This document shows, piece after piece, positions 25,925 to 38,085 of a stretch of 64,000 nt of DNA. A model generated the notes under the pieces. That model was not told the DNA's origin and ran no database searches. It saw only the letters and a list, made by a program, of their open reading frames with translations. How positions within the stretch are numbered: position 1 is the first letter of the stretch; every line of letters begins with the position of its first letter. Made by a program: the position numbers and the translations under genes. The DNA comes from Eukaryota sp. GEM-RC1 (Eukaryota), in assembly GCA_040285855.1 (NCBI GenBank), contig JAUFOQ010000004.1:248001-312000 (forward strand). Direction: 5' to 3'.

Positions 25925-27171
25925 ATTGTAAGTGTCCCAATACTCGTAATTTACAGTGTTTGCTTGTATTATTCTGAGTTAAACTGTAATAGAGAGTGAA
26001 TTATAACGTTTGGAGCTGTGGACGAACTACTAGTGTTGAGTGTCGACCTGGATGCATACTGATTGTTGTGAAATTCGTCCAGAACGCTGTGAGAGTCTGT
26101 TTTGTTTGAAAACGATAGATCTTAAAAACAATAGGACTTATGAAAACAGAATCTATGCAAAACTAGACACATTACAGTCCCAGTTAACAAAAGAATGGGT
26201 CTGTACAGACAAATGTTGTTTATTTTGATGAATAAATCAAAATATTAGTAATAGATCATGTAACATATTAACGTACATGTACATTGTACATTGCATTGCA
26301 ATAAGTACTTGAATGCTCCTGCTGTAACGACAATACACCGTCACCAGAAGCTAAAGGGTTCCAATGCAAGCAACAAAATGTGTTTGCTTGTATTGGGACA
26401 CTCACGATATTTGTTTGGTAGTAAAGACCAGAGATGGACATACATTATCAGACAGTCAGGTACATGTACTATCAATATATTATAACGAATGTCATTTACA
26501 GTTACAATTCGTTTGAAAAAATGTTCATCTATGAAGAATACATATTTTCATGTACTGTATTTCTGCAAATGCATTTATTTCACTGACTGATCATAACCCC
26601 CGTTTTTTTGTACTGTATTTGTATTTGTATTAAGCCTACATCTTACCGAGTATGTTGAATATCTACTAGTAATACAAGTAGAGAATGTCATCAAAATTAA
26701 CAAAATTACTATAAATTGCATTCAGTAAATGTGGGGCAGTGTGTTCTTCTGGCTGGGTTTTCGGATCCTTAATGATTGATCCTTTTCAAAACAGTACGCT
26801 CGTATCACCATCCCTACCCCATCCTTTGCCACTTTGAATCCCATCTCATATCAAAGAGTTTGATATGAATCCTAGTTGTCCATTGGTCCTCGAAAAATCG
26901 TGAAGAAACACAGATGATCAAGGGCACGATTTAATGGTTGAAGAGATTCTTTACTTATTTGAATTAGGGGGAATGTTTTTCATTATAGTTGATGTCGTAG
27001 ATTAATTTAACCAGTGAGAAACAAATATGTATAAGAGTGGAACAATTAGTAAGACTATTTGCAGCAACCAAGCAATAAGATCATCGTGATCTTATTAAAT
27101 GTACCAATGTATCATTGCTTTTTTTGGTTGCCGAGCTAAGACCAACTGTAAAATCTAAACTGTCAAAATAC

Positions 27172-27850
27172 CAGGACCTCTCATAGGATAATTTAAATTA
27201 ATTTGAACAACAGAAAGTGCCAAAAATAACTATGAAATTAATATAATTAAAACAAAATAAAACGCAAATAAAAACAAAATGTTCTATTACATAGTACATT
27301 ATCTCTCAGTCACCATCGATCAACACAATCCATTCGATCATCTCTTTCTTGTCGAAAAGGTTGACTTTCTGACTCGTATATTTTCTCTAACTATATCGCC
27401 ATTCCATACAGATCTGTGAATCTTCAATATTAGTTCAGTATTCAGCATCGTAGAAGACCATGAGAATCGTTCACTGATGATGTGCCCGGATGTAGCCAAT
27501 TGTTGGATTGGCTTAGAACACAGGTAAAGACTCGTCTGTATTGGTTAGATTTGACATTGAAACGGCAAAGATTGAGGAAAAACGTCTCAAAAACGTCATC
27601 AAAACTTTGCTGTTTGACCTATTATTTATATCTTGGCTGAGTATTTCTCACATCATGTTTCAAGTCAATCAACAACCTTGAGCTCTAAATTAAGTCATGT
27701 ACTATGTAGATCAATGAAGTCTACTTTGCAGCATTTTATATATATTTTGATTTACTGTGTTTAATTGTATTATTGATCGTGAACAAGTGTCAACAATAAA
27801 TATAAATAAATATAGAAAATAGAAATTATATTTATTTACGAGGAGCCCTG
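27172..27850 (-). mobile_element. hAT MITE (CAGGGCTCC family), inverted and older copy
   Basis: Reverse-complement homolog of 28869-29524 and 29809-30466. Degenerate TSD CAAAATAC/TAAAATTC. Confidence 0.8.
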
Positions 27851-27929
27851 TAAAATTCATTGATAAAGTATCCAAGATGATTATAAATTTAAAAAGGAAT
27901 AACAACTTGCTTTTCATGAAGGTTTTAAA

Positions 27930-29538
27930 CATACTTTTTTAAGTGTTTTAAAATACAACCACTCCCTGAAAAAAAATACAAAAAATACAGAAAATTACAC
28001 TTACTACAGAAAAATACAAAATCACTCGACCTAAGAAAACTTTCGCAAAAATCATAATAAGAATTCTTTTATTTAAAAGTGACAATGACTAAAATTATAT
28101 GGAAATAAACACAACAAAACATCAAAAATACCCGAAGAAATACCAGATAGTCATTATTCACTTGGCCTTCCTTTTGAGAGCATAAAAGTAGACATTTCCA
28201 ACACAATTTTTCAACCATTGCACAGGTTGTAATTCCTCAAAAACATCAAGAGGATTGGGTTATTCTTCATCATCAGACGAGTTTGTGAAACCAATCTTCA
28301 AGAACAACTACAACTACTTGCACTTGCAATTCCAATTCGTCTTCCAATAAAACATATTTGCCTACGGTATCATCATTGTCATCATCAAAAACATTTTCGT
28401 TCTCGAGATGAAGCACATCAACACGAAATCTTTGATGATCACATATGTGCATACTCATACCTCCACTGGTAGTTAATTAATGAGGTTCACGGAATCAATA
28501 GTGTTTCCTGTTTTCTAAAGTGGACTTTCAATTAAAATGGACGCCTAGGGACCTATCCAATGTTGCGCCTGAAAGACATTTCGGTCTTTTTGACTCGTCA
28601 TTGTCCAGATAAGACCAATTGGTGTCTAGTATGTTTCAAAAATAGGGACAACACGTAGAAATAGTGACAATTGAACAGTACATCTTTATCCAAAGATTGT
28701 TATGGTATCATTTTATCCATAAAAATACAGAAAATACAGTATTAATCCAGTAAAAATAAATACAGAAAATAGAGTATTAATCCAGTAAAAATAAATACGA
28801 AAAATAGAGTATTTATCGATATTGAAAAAATACAAAAACACAAAAAAATAGAGTATTTGTATTTTCCACAGGGCTCCTCATAAATAAATATAAATTCTAT
28901 TTATTTCTATTTATTTCTATTTCTATTTATTTTTGAGCCTTTTTGGCGATCATGCAAATAAAACAAAATAAAACAAAATATAAATAAATATAAATAAAAT
29001 GTCGGAAAGTAAACTTCTTGGATCTATATAATACATGAGTTAATTTAGTGCTCAAGGTTGTTGATTGACTTGGAAACATGATGTGTGAAATACTCAAGCT
29101 CAGACAAAAATTAAGGATGAGACATTTCATCTCAAACTTTGCAATTTCAATGTCGAACATAACCAATACAGACTATCCTTTTCCTGTGTTCTAAGCCAAT
29201 CCAACAACTACATCCGGACGTATGATCATTGAACGATTCTCATGGTCGTTTACGATGCTGAACATGCTGAAGATCCACAGATGTCTATGGAATGGCGACA
29301 CAGTTAGAGCACTTATACAAAGCAGAAAGTCAATTAACCTATTTCGACAAGAAAGGGATGATCAAATGGATTGTGTATTCATCGATAGTGACTCAGATTA
29401 GATGTATAATAAAATATTTTGTTTTTATTTGGGTTTTATTTTGTTTTAATTATATTTATTGCACATTTATTTTTGGCACTTTTGGCTGTTCAAATTATTT
29501 TAAATTATCTTATGAGAGGGCCTGATTTTCCAAGCATG
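27930..29538 (-). mobile_element. Degenerate hAT element related to the one at 24289, with one terminus interrupted by a MITE
   Basis: Ends CATACTT and GTATTTGTATTTTCCA[insert]AGCATG. TSD GTTTTAAA/GTCTTAAA. AAATAC repeats and a decayed transposase C-terminal-like remnant at about 28500-28680. Confidence 0.55.
28869..29524 (+). mobile_element. hAT MITE (CAGGGCTCC family)
   Basis: Imperfect TIRs CAGGGCTCCTCATAA and TTATGAGAGGGCCTG. Perfect TSD ATTTTCCA. Confidence 0.9.
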
Positions 29539-29681
29539 GTCTTAAATATATTATATAAAACAACCACAACATGTTTTGATTGCTTCCAAATCTATTTTGT
29601 TCATTTTAAATAATTCATTTTCCCCGAAAACTGTGATGCTATACTAATTGGACGGCCTTATCATATTGAAACAAAACAGAT

Positions 29682-31557
29682 CAGGGACACCGAAAAATAT
29701 ATTGCAATTATATTGCAAGAATATTTAATTGCAATAAATATATTGCGTTTTGGCAATATTGCAATAAATATATTGCAGATTCAGAAACTTGCAATAAATA
29801 TGGCAATACAGGGCTCCTCATAAATAAATATAAATTCTATTTATTTCTATTTACTTCTATTTCTATTTATTTTTGATCCTTTTTGGCGATCATGCAAATA
29901 AAACAAAGTAAAACAAAATATAAATAAATATAAATAAAATGTCGGAAAGTAAACTTCATTGATCTATATAATACATCGGTTAATTTCGTGCTCAAGGTGG
30001 TTGATTGACTTGGAAACATGATGTGTGAAATACTCAAGCACAGCCCAGAATCAAAGTCAAGACATTTTTCCTCACAGTTTGCCGTTTCAATGTCGAATCT
30101 AAACGACACAGACGAGCCTTTACCTGTGTTCTAAGCCAATCCCACAACTATATCAGGACGTATGATCAGTGAACGATTCTCATGATCGTCCACGATGGTG
30201 AATATTGAACTAATGCTGAAGATCCACACGTGGTGGCGACACAGTCAGAGCAATTATACGAAGCAGAAAGTCAACTAAACACTTTCGACAAGAAAGGGAT
30301 GATCAAGTGGATTGTGTAATCATCGATAGTGACTGAGAGAAACTGTACTAATACAATATTTTGTTTTTATTTGGGTTATATTTTGTTTTAATTATATTTA
30401 TTTCACATTTATTTTTGGCACTTTTTGATGTTCAAATTATTTTAAATTATCTTATGAGAGGGCCTGTGGCAATATATTGCAATATTGCACATAGCTAAAA
30501 ACTCAAAATTCTTCCCAAATTCTGCTGCTACATTAAGTTTTGATTGTACAGCTTTCGCTGTTAACACCATCTCACATTTGTTGGTGTTTTCACACCACTT
30601 CTCATCCTACATACATCCTGAACTTCCCATATAACACACTGTTGGTCTCGATGTTGGTTTTAGGACTTTTGGTTCCAATTCATCAAGAGATATGATCTAC
30701 AGAGCAGTCCGCACTTAATGTGTCCATCCGTGTTCCGCTGATGTACAGATTTTTGCTATGATTCTAACTCAAAAAAGCCACATATCAGTTGACTCTTGAT
30801 GATGTACTGTTGCTTATGCTTCTCAAGGTCATCATTTCTAAATAGTTGCTCCTATAAACTTAGATGTAGCTGTTTTATCTGTTCAATACGACTTAATGTC
30901 AACAGTCGTCTACAGGTCAGAAACATACAGAACTTGTCAATCAAATACCAAATGAAGTTACTTCTACCCTTGATTATAAAGATGGGCTTACAATCCTATA
31001 GTTAGAACTTTTCTGCCGTTTGAATTCGATTTTATCTACAAGTCAGTTTATAACGGCTTAGAAGTTGATTTTCTATTGAAGGAACATACAGTAGATGAAC
31101 AACAACAATTTATTGTGAAAAGTAAACAATGTAAGGAATTCCACTTGGGTGAGGGAGTAGACATATGAAAGTGCTTAAATTCAACTCATCGATGACACTT
31201 ATGTCATTTTGAAACGTTTTGTTTGGATTTAGTCTTAGTATTATTTGTTGTTGTTTTCAATATCATAGTTTGGTAGGAGGGTTATCTTAATGGGTACCGA
31301 ATAAAGTAAGTTTTGGAATAATTCAGTGTAGTTAGAACAACTGTAGGTTCTTGGCTATTTAACCAATGTCTACACGAACTTTCAAAGTTGTTTGAAAATG
31401 ACGACATAAGTATTGCAATATATTGCAATTTATTGAAATATATTGCAACATTCTCATAATTGCAATAAATATATTGGTACAAAGAACCTTGAACAATAAA
31501 TATATATTGCAATATATTGCAATTTATTGCAATACAATATATTTTTCGGTATCCCTG
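29682..31557. mobile_element. hAT MITE (CAGGGA family) with a nested MITE
   Basis: TIRs CAGGGACACCGAAAAATAT and ATATTTTTCGGTATCCCTG. Perfect TSD AAACAGAT. ATTGCAAT subterminal repeats. Confidence 0.92.
29809..30466 (+). mobile_element. hAT MITE (CAGGGCTCC family), nested
   Basis: Same termini as 28869-29524. Perfect TSD TGGCAATA. Confidence 0.92.
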
Positions 31558-31673
31558 AAACAGATCCCTCCAATAGTCTCTCAAAATTTTTTAAAGAGAG
31601 TGAAATTTTTTTTAAAATCGGGAGAAAATCAATCATCTAATTAATACATAAATTGCTTCCACTACTAGTCCAC

Positions 31674-32081
31674 TTATTCGAAAACCGCATCATCGTCTGA
31701 AGAATCACGTGATGCATCACGTGCAAGCAGAGGTTGAAGCTCTTCAAACATAGCTTGAGCTTGTGGTTGTTTCATGATAAACAGACAATCGTGGATTTCA
31801 GCATTTTGAGTCTCCAATTGTAAAATGAAGCCTTCTGCTTGGACTCCATTCAGAACGATTTGGTGAAAGGGGATCACAATACCCCGTGTATGTATAGTAT
31901 CATCTGCTAGTGAATCGTCCGGTATAAAATATATGTGATTTGTTGTCAGAAATAGAAATCCCAATCCAAGCTGATCGCCATCTAAGTGTAGTTCCACATC
32001 AGACAGGGCAAATTTTACCAGTTCCCCAGGGGCTAGAATGGGTTGCTTATCAACAGCGTTTATTGTTCGATAGAGAGTCAT
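31674..32081 (-). CDS. pICln-like (methylosome subunit, PH-fold) protein
   Basis: LGLGFLFLTTNHIYF...GIVIPFHQIVLNG...QAMFE and an acidic tail match the ICln pattern. Confidence 0.55.
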   Translation of the reverse strand: MTLYRTINAVDKQPILAPGELVKFALSDVELHLDGDQLGLGFLFLTTNHIYFIPDDSLADDTIHTRGIVIPFHQIVLNGVQAEGFILQLETQNAEIHDCLFIMKQPQAQAMFEELQPLLARDASRDSSDDDAVFE

Positions 32082-32117
32082 AAAACAAAACTTGTCAATT
32101 TCTCTACAACTCCAAAA

Positions 32118-33224
32118 ATGGCTCCTTCCACACCAGTAGATCGCCCTCCTGCTCTTACACATCTTTTACTATCTCACAAAAAGGCTTGTAATGATATTCT
32201 GCAAGTTGATGCTACTCATTGCGTCAGTGCCAGTGATGATAAAACTCTAGTTCTCTGGCAAGTTTCTGGAACCCAAGGAATACCGTTATTTGTTCTTCCT
32301 TTCCCAACTGCCGTCTCTTCCGTTGCTTTTTGCGCAGAAAAACAGGTTCTCGCCGTTGGACAAGAAAACGGTTTGGTTTCATTCGTAAAACACTCAGAGC
32401 GAAATCTAGACATTGTCCTCACAATTCCTGCCCATTCCAAACGTGTTTCAGCTATCGTCTACGACCGAACCAAAAACCGCTTCCTCTCAGTCGCCTATGA
32501 TAAGAAAATCTCCATCATCCCCCTACCCGATGCTCTCTCCAAGGAGACTCCCATCCCTGAGGTCAGATCCCAGCCCATTGCTTCTGCTTGGCCTGGTTGT
32601 ATGGCTCTTACTCCCAAAGGAGACCGCCTCTTCATTGGTACCTTCTCTAGAGAAGTCATTGTTGCTGATATTCAAGACGACGATACCATTGAAGTTTCTG
32701 GAACTCTGCATGGTCATCGAGGATCAGTACGCTCCTGTGTTTTTGACCCTGTCACGTCATTCCTTATGACCGGATCCTTTGATAAGCTTGTCTTTGCTTG
32801 GGAAACAACCACCAGACTAGTCTCTACAATGAGACCTATTGCTAGACTTGCAGCTCATTCTAAGAAGGTTAAGGCTATGGCCATTGATACCAAGAAGAGA
32901 TTGCTCGCAAGTGCTTGTGATGGTGGCATGGTTGCTCTGTATGAATTGAAGAGTGGTAAACGTCTACGCTTTTTCCAAGTTTCTAAAACAAAGGTTTTAT
33001 CTCTTTGTATCTTTGGGGATAAGCTGTTTACTGGTGATCACCACGGTGTTATCAGAGTTTGGGACCTCAGAGACAAGGAAGAGGTGGAAGTAGAGGTTGA
33101 TGGTCACGATCATGAAGTAACTGTAGTTGAGGAGAAAACGGTTAATGAAGAGGAAAGTGTTGAGGTTAATGAGGAAGAACAGATCGTAGAAAGCTCTCAA
33201 AGTGACATAGATGAAGATGAATAG
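32118..33224 (+). CDS. WD40-repeat protein
   Basis: Repeated H...SASDDKTLVLW, GHRGSV...TGSFDK...W and IRVWD motifs, with an acidic tail. Confidence 0.88.
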   Translation: MAPSTPVDRPPALTHLLLSHKKACNDILQVDATHCVSASDDKTLVLWQVSGTQGIPLFVLPFPTAVSSVAFCAEKQVLAVGQENGLVSFVKHSERNLDIVLTIPAHSKRVSAIVYDRTKNRFLSVAYDKKISIIPLPDALSKETPIPEVRSQPIASAWPGCMALTPKGDRLFIGTFSREVIVADIQDDDTIEVSGTLHGHRGSVRSCVFDPVTSFLMTGSFDKLVFAWETTTRLVSTMRPIARLAAHSKKVKAMAIDTKKRLLASACDGGMVALYELKSGKRLRFFQVSKTKVLSLCIFGDKLFTGDHHGVIRVWDLRDKEEVEVEVDGHDHEVTVVEEKTVNEEESVEVNEEEQIVESSQSDIDEDE

Positions 33225-33365
33225 ATTGTAAGTATTGAATTATATATAAATTATCGTTGTTAATTTGGTCTGATTTTATGAGTCACATATATCATAACAC
33301 AGAAATTTAAATCCAATTGTTTCCAAAAAACATTTATTAAATAAAAAACTAAAACACCTAAATCA

Positions 33366-36300
33366 TTAAGACAAAATTCTCTGTAATCTATACTTTTGAG
33401 TTTGCGAAAGCCTCTCCCAAATGTACTTCTGCTCATCAGTAGACATTGAAGAGCCACACTTCTTCAACACCTCTTCAATTTTAGTATTGACTTCTTCTGG
33501 TACGATATCAGTAAGGTATACGGAAGCTAGGAAAGTCAATAACATGAGTTCTCCCACCTTTTCATTACCTTGACCAACTGCAGACTTAACCAAGACATTG
33601 TTTGTTTCCAATGATCTCAAGTAGAATATTATAAACAAATTTAACTTCAACCACATCAGATTTGATTGGCAATAGCTTCATCAGTAAAGGCCAAACATTG
33701 GCTGGAGGACACGTGTCAGGAAAAGCCATGGACAATCGTAGAAGACCAGAAACAACGTTATCAGTTGTTCCATCGTTTTTCTTTGATCTTACCTTAGGTC
33801 TCTGAGCCAAAGCCAACAAATTATTTGAAATATTTTGAATAAATGGTCGTGATTGCTCAGGATATTTAAAGGCAGATATGGCTGCACCATAGACTGCTGC
33901 TTGTTTAACTTGTTCTGATGGATAACTCATGAATCTCAAAAAGAATGGAAGTGCTTCAACTACTACTGGTACTGCTGATGATCCACAGTGATCGATGACG
34001 TCATCAAGTAAACACAATGACGTTTGAACACGCAGGACAGCAACGTCGTCCATAGTAGTGTTGTGAGAGAAAGTAACATCAGCTTTCTCTGAGGGCTGAT
34101 AAGTAGTTAGCATTTGAGAAAAAGCTGGCCAAATATTTGCAAATATTTTAATAAATCGATCGCTCATACCAACGGCAATAGTACCAAGACATTCAACCAA
34201 AGTAATAAACAAAGAGGCTTGGTCATCATCCTCTAAAGCACCAGCTTCAGGAGCATCTTCTTCATCGACTTGTTCTTGGGAGTGCAACAATTTGTTTAAC
34301 AAATTTAAAATAATTGTGATAATTGAATTTCCATGTTCGTCGGATAAGTTTCCAGGTCCCAAACTTCTAAATATTCCTTCAATCGATCTACAACAAGAAG
34401 CAATCTCATGATCAGCTTCAGAATCTGATAGACTTTTTAAAATTTTAGGTAACAAGAAAGCCAAAACCTGATCAACATAGGCTTTCTTCTCACTATCTGA
34501 AGGGAAAGACGCAGCCATGGCTACTTTGATAATACTAGGACAAGCAGCTAGAGAGGTGGAAGCCAGGTCAATGGTATAATGATTTAAACGATCACCTATA
34601 ACTCTAATTGTTTGTTCTAAGAATGGAAAGAAAGAACCAGAAAGATTCGTCATGTAATTGGTAAGAAGCGAGATTGCCTGAGCTGATTCATGCACGTCAT
34701 GAGTGTAGATAGAGACCAACTGATTGTCCAACAACATTGAACTATACCCTTCCTGAGTCTCCTTTTCGATATTCTCAGTATCAAAAGCAGTAGAGGTGGT
34801 CATCTTAATTTCCCTTCCAGCTGACTTAATCAAAGGAGGGACAACTGCTGGTAAGTAAGGAGTGAATGCATCACCTAGACATTGGGCTATACGGGATAAA
34901 GAAGAGGGAATATAGATGTGTAGTTTGCTTTCTGACTGGGGGTGCAGCTGCGAGTTGTTGAGAAATCTCTAACAAATGACGAATGATTTGCTCAGAGTCT
35001 GGACTGAACTTTTCTCTTCCCACTGCCACAGCAATGAGAGACATACACTCTATTGACTTTCCTCTGAGAGTTTGCATGTCAGGATCCATGGCGTTCATCA
35101 TAATAGTGACTAAATATGGCATTAACTTATCGTACATTTTAACAAAACCAGCACCACAAGACTTAGCCAATGCAGCAAGTGCAGTGACTGCTTGTTCTTT
35201 TCCTAGTTTCATAGGTGCATCCAAAAGAGGAAAGACTGCTGACGTGAGAGCATCAATGTAGGGCTCAATCGTATCACGAGGGGCTTCTTCAGCAAAGTTG
35301 ATTAATGAGCTAGTCGCGTGAATTCTGACTCTACGTGATGGATCGGACAGTAGCTTAATATAAACAGGCACTGCCACGTCATGAAAAGACTCTTGAATCT
35401 CAGGACAAAAGTCAGTAGACAACTGGCCCAGGGAGTTGACAGCAAACCAACGTACTCTAGGATGAGGATCGCTGGCTCTTTCAATAACCATCTTAGTCAG
35501 CTCATGGAGTTGATCTAGTTCAATCTCTTCCGCACATCCCTCTCCGATTAAAGAGATCGCGTTGATTGCAGCGGATCGTTGGTTCCATTGGTCTAGTCCT
35601 ATTAGTTGTTTGATTAAAGGTACGACTACTGGGAGGGAGGGTTAAGCCACCTAGACTGAGGGCGAGACGATCTAGAGCACGTTCAGAAGCAAAGGAAACT
35701 GAATCTTCATCGATTTCACTATTGGAAGGTTCGAGCTGTTCCCAATCATCGGGGTTCTCAATATCACACATGAGGGTCAAAATCAAGGTCAAGATATTAC
35801 GTAACAATGTTGGATTCTGTCTGATTGACTTTGGGAGACTCTCACAAAACAGGATAACTACTTCTAAAGCCAGGTTTCTACACTCATTGGTGAGTTTGTA
35901 GTTAGCTGCAATAGACATCATTCCTGCAGAGAATTCGTTTAGCATTGGCTGTACGAACTTAGCGCGTAATTCAGCAATCTCAGCTATTTCTACTAGGAGA
36001 ACTTCGAGAGCTTCAGCAGTGTTGTCATTAAACTGGGCTGAGAGAGCCTCAGCTAAGTGGCCAATGGTGGTAAGAACTTGAGGTAGAAGTTCACGGAGAA
36101 CTTTGACGTGTTTGACTTCAGGTGAAGCGGTGACTACTGCGGTTAGAGCACGGACAGCTGCTAGGCGGACTTCACCTGAGGGATCTTGAAGAGCGGTAGA
36201 GAAGGAGGTGCGAAGGTGGGATATGTTTGATCTGATGGCAGGGAAAAGAAGAGTAGCAACTCGGGTGAGAGCAACATAGGAGAGTTCTCGTTGTGCGGGG

Positions 36301-36707
36301 TGTTCAGATTGGGAGAGAGACATGAGCCAGGGAAGGAGTTCAGGCCAATCTTGGTTCTCTTGTTTCAGTGAAGATAGATAAACAGAAAGACATTCTGTGA
36401 CACGACGACGGATATCAGTATCAGTGATTGCAAGTATCCATTGTGGTAGTTGTTGCTTTAAGGAGAGTTTGAATTGTACTGGGAGTTGGGTGAATATCGA
36501 GTTAGGTTTAGTGACTAAAGCTTCCCTTAAAAGAACGGCAGCCATTTGTCGGGTGGTTACTTCCAGTTCTGCAGTTTGAGTGACCTTAACAAGAGTATTG
36601 ATGTAGTCAACTGGTTGCTTATGAAACGTAGCCAAAGCTCCTTCAGCAGCACTAACCTCAGTAGTCTGCAAGGTGCGTAAAACCGTTAAAAGGTCAGGTC
36701 CTGTCAT
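33366..36707 (-). CDS. IPO5: Importin-5/Kap121-like karyopherin beta (several frameshifts, probable intron near 34890-34930)
   Basis: RQMAAVLLR, WPELLP, ALDRLAL.LGG, DPHPRVR, LGQLSTDF.P, LRGKSIECMSLI.VAVG.EKF, QAAVYG and TDNVVS motifs. Confidence 0.88.
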
Positions 36708-36759
36708 AAGTCTGAAGATTGGGAAAAGGATTCACTTTCTTCCAACTCAACATCTCCCA

Positions 36760-37677
36760 ATGAAAGGATTAAAAGCCATTCTTATCTGCATCGGGTTACT
36801 AGCCCTCACAGCCATGGTATTTGTCCTGATATCCATGGAGGTTTTGCCCCAAGGATATTATGGATGTACCCGCAATTCTCTGAGCTCCACAGTGAGCTGT
36901 GACAACATCTATGAACCAGGCCGTTACGTAATTGGTCCTTTTACTTCTTTTCTCCCTGTGCCCAGTACACTCGTTACTGTGGATTTCTCTAAGGATTCAG
37001 TTGGACCTGTTGAATGTTTCGATAGTTCGGCCTCGCCTCTCCGTCTCGAAGTTTCCTTCCAATACCGTCTGCAGAAGGGCCGTATTGAATCCTTAATCCG
37101 TCAACACACCACCGTCGCCGCTTTCCACGAAATCATAATGAGTAGGGCCAGATCTATCATTGGTAGCGTTGCATCTAACTATCAGCAATCCGACTTCTTT
37201 GAAAAACGCCAAGAAATCTCTGAAGATATGAGAACTTCTATAGAAAAGGAAAGTTCGAGTGAAGATTACCTTATCCCACTGTTCCAACTCCGTGAAATTG
37301 GTATCGTCTCTCAAGCCAACGAAGATGCTATCATTGAAATCCAAGTTTCTCGTCAACGGTCGATCAGAGAGGACTTCGTTAGAGAAAAGGCTCAGATTGA
37401 CGCTCAAACACGTAACATTGTTACGGAGTTCCAAGCCCAGATTCAAGTCGTAGAAGCATCTGCCGAAGCTGAAGCCTATAACATTCGCAAGAACGCCGAA
37501 GCTGAAGCCGTCCGTCTTCTAAACCAAGCTGAAGTTTCTGTTTACGAGGATATTAAGACAATGTTGGGTCTTGATCCCAATGACTTGGTTGATTATCTTC
37601 AACTCGATGCTTACTCTGAAAAGAAGGATGCGTTCCTTGTAGCTGGACAGAACACTGCTATTGTTAATATCAACTAA
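36760..37677 (+). CDS. SPFH/band-7 (prohibitin-like) membrane protein
   Basis: N-terminal TM helix, EPGRY, LEVSFQYRL, FFEKRQEI and an AEAEA coiled coil. Confidence 0.8.
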   Translation: MKGLKAILICIGLLALTAMVFVLISMEVLPQGYYGCTRNSLSSTVSCDNIYEPGRYVIGPFTSFLPVPSTLVTVDFSKDSVGPVECFDSSASPLRLEVSFQYRLQKGRIESLIRQHTTVAAFHEIIMSRARSIIGSVASNYQQSDFFEKRQEISEDMRTSIEKESSSEDYLIPLFQLREIGIVSQANEDAIIEIQVSRQRSIREDFVREKAQIDAQTRNIVTEFQAQIQVVEASAEAEAYNIRKNAEAEAVRLLNQAEVSVYEDIKTMLGLDPNDLVDYLQLDAYSEKKDAFLVAGQNTAIVNIN

Positions 37678-38085
37678 TTTTGTAGATGTATAATGTTTTT
37701 TTGTTTGTTTGATGGTAATATATGTTCGTTTATTTTGTCTCTTACTAGTAATTATTTGTCAGCCAGAATGTTCTGGAATATTGAAGACAATTTTGTCAGA
37801 AATGTATAAAGTTGAGCCAATCTTGCATTTTGAGCAGCAATTCAATGAAATGCGATGATGTGGAGGCGATTCTTTCACCTAGTAAATGCAGTGGCATATG
37901 TGAAATGATAAATTCGATTCGACTTAGCTCGATTAAATTCGATGAAGATCATGATTATCTTTGTCAGATGACGCTATATTTTATGTCTATTACAACCTGT
38001 GAAAACAGGAGTGAATTTCATAACTGGGAGTAAGTACTTACAGTTGTTATGAAATTCACAGTAAATCTGATTTTACCAACTAGAA

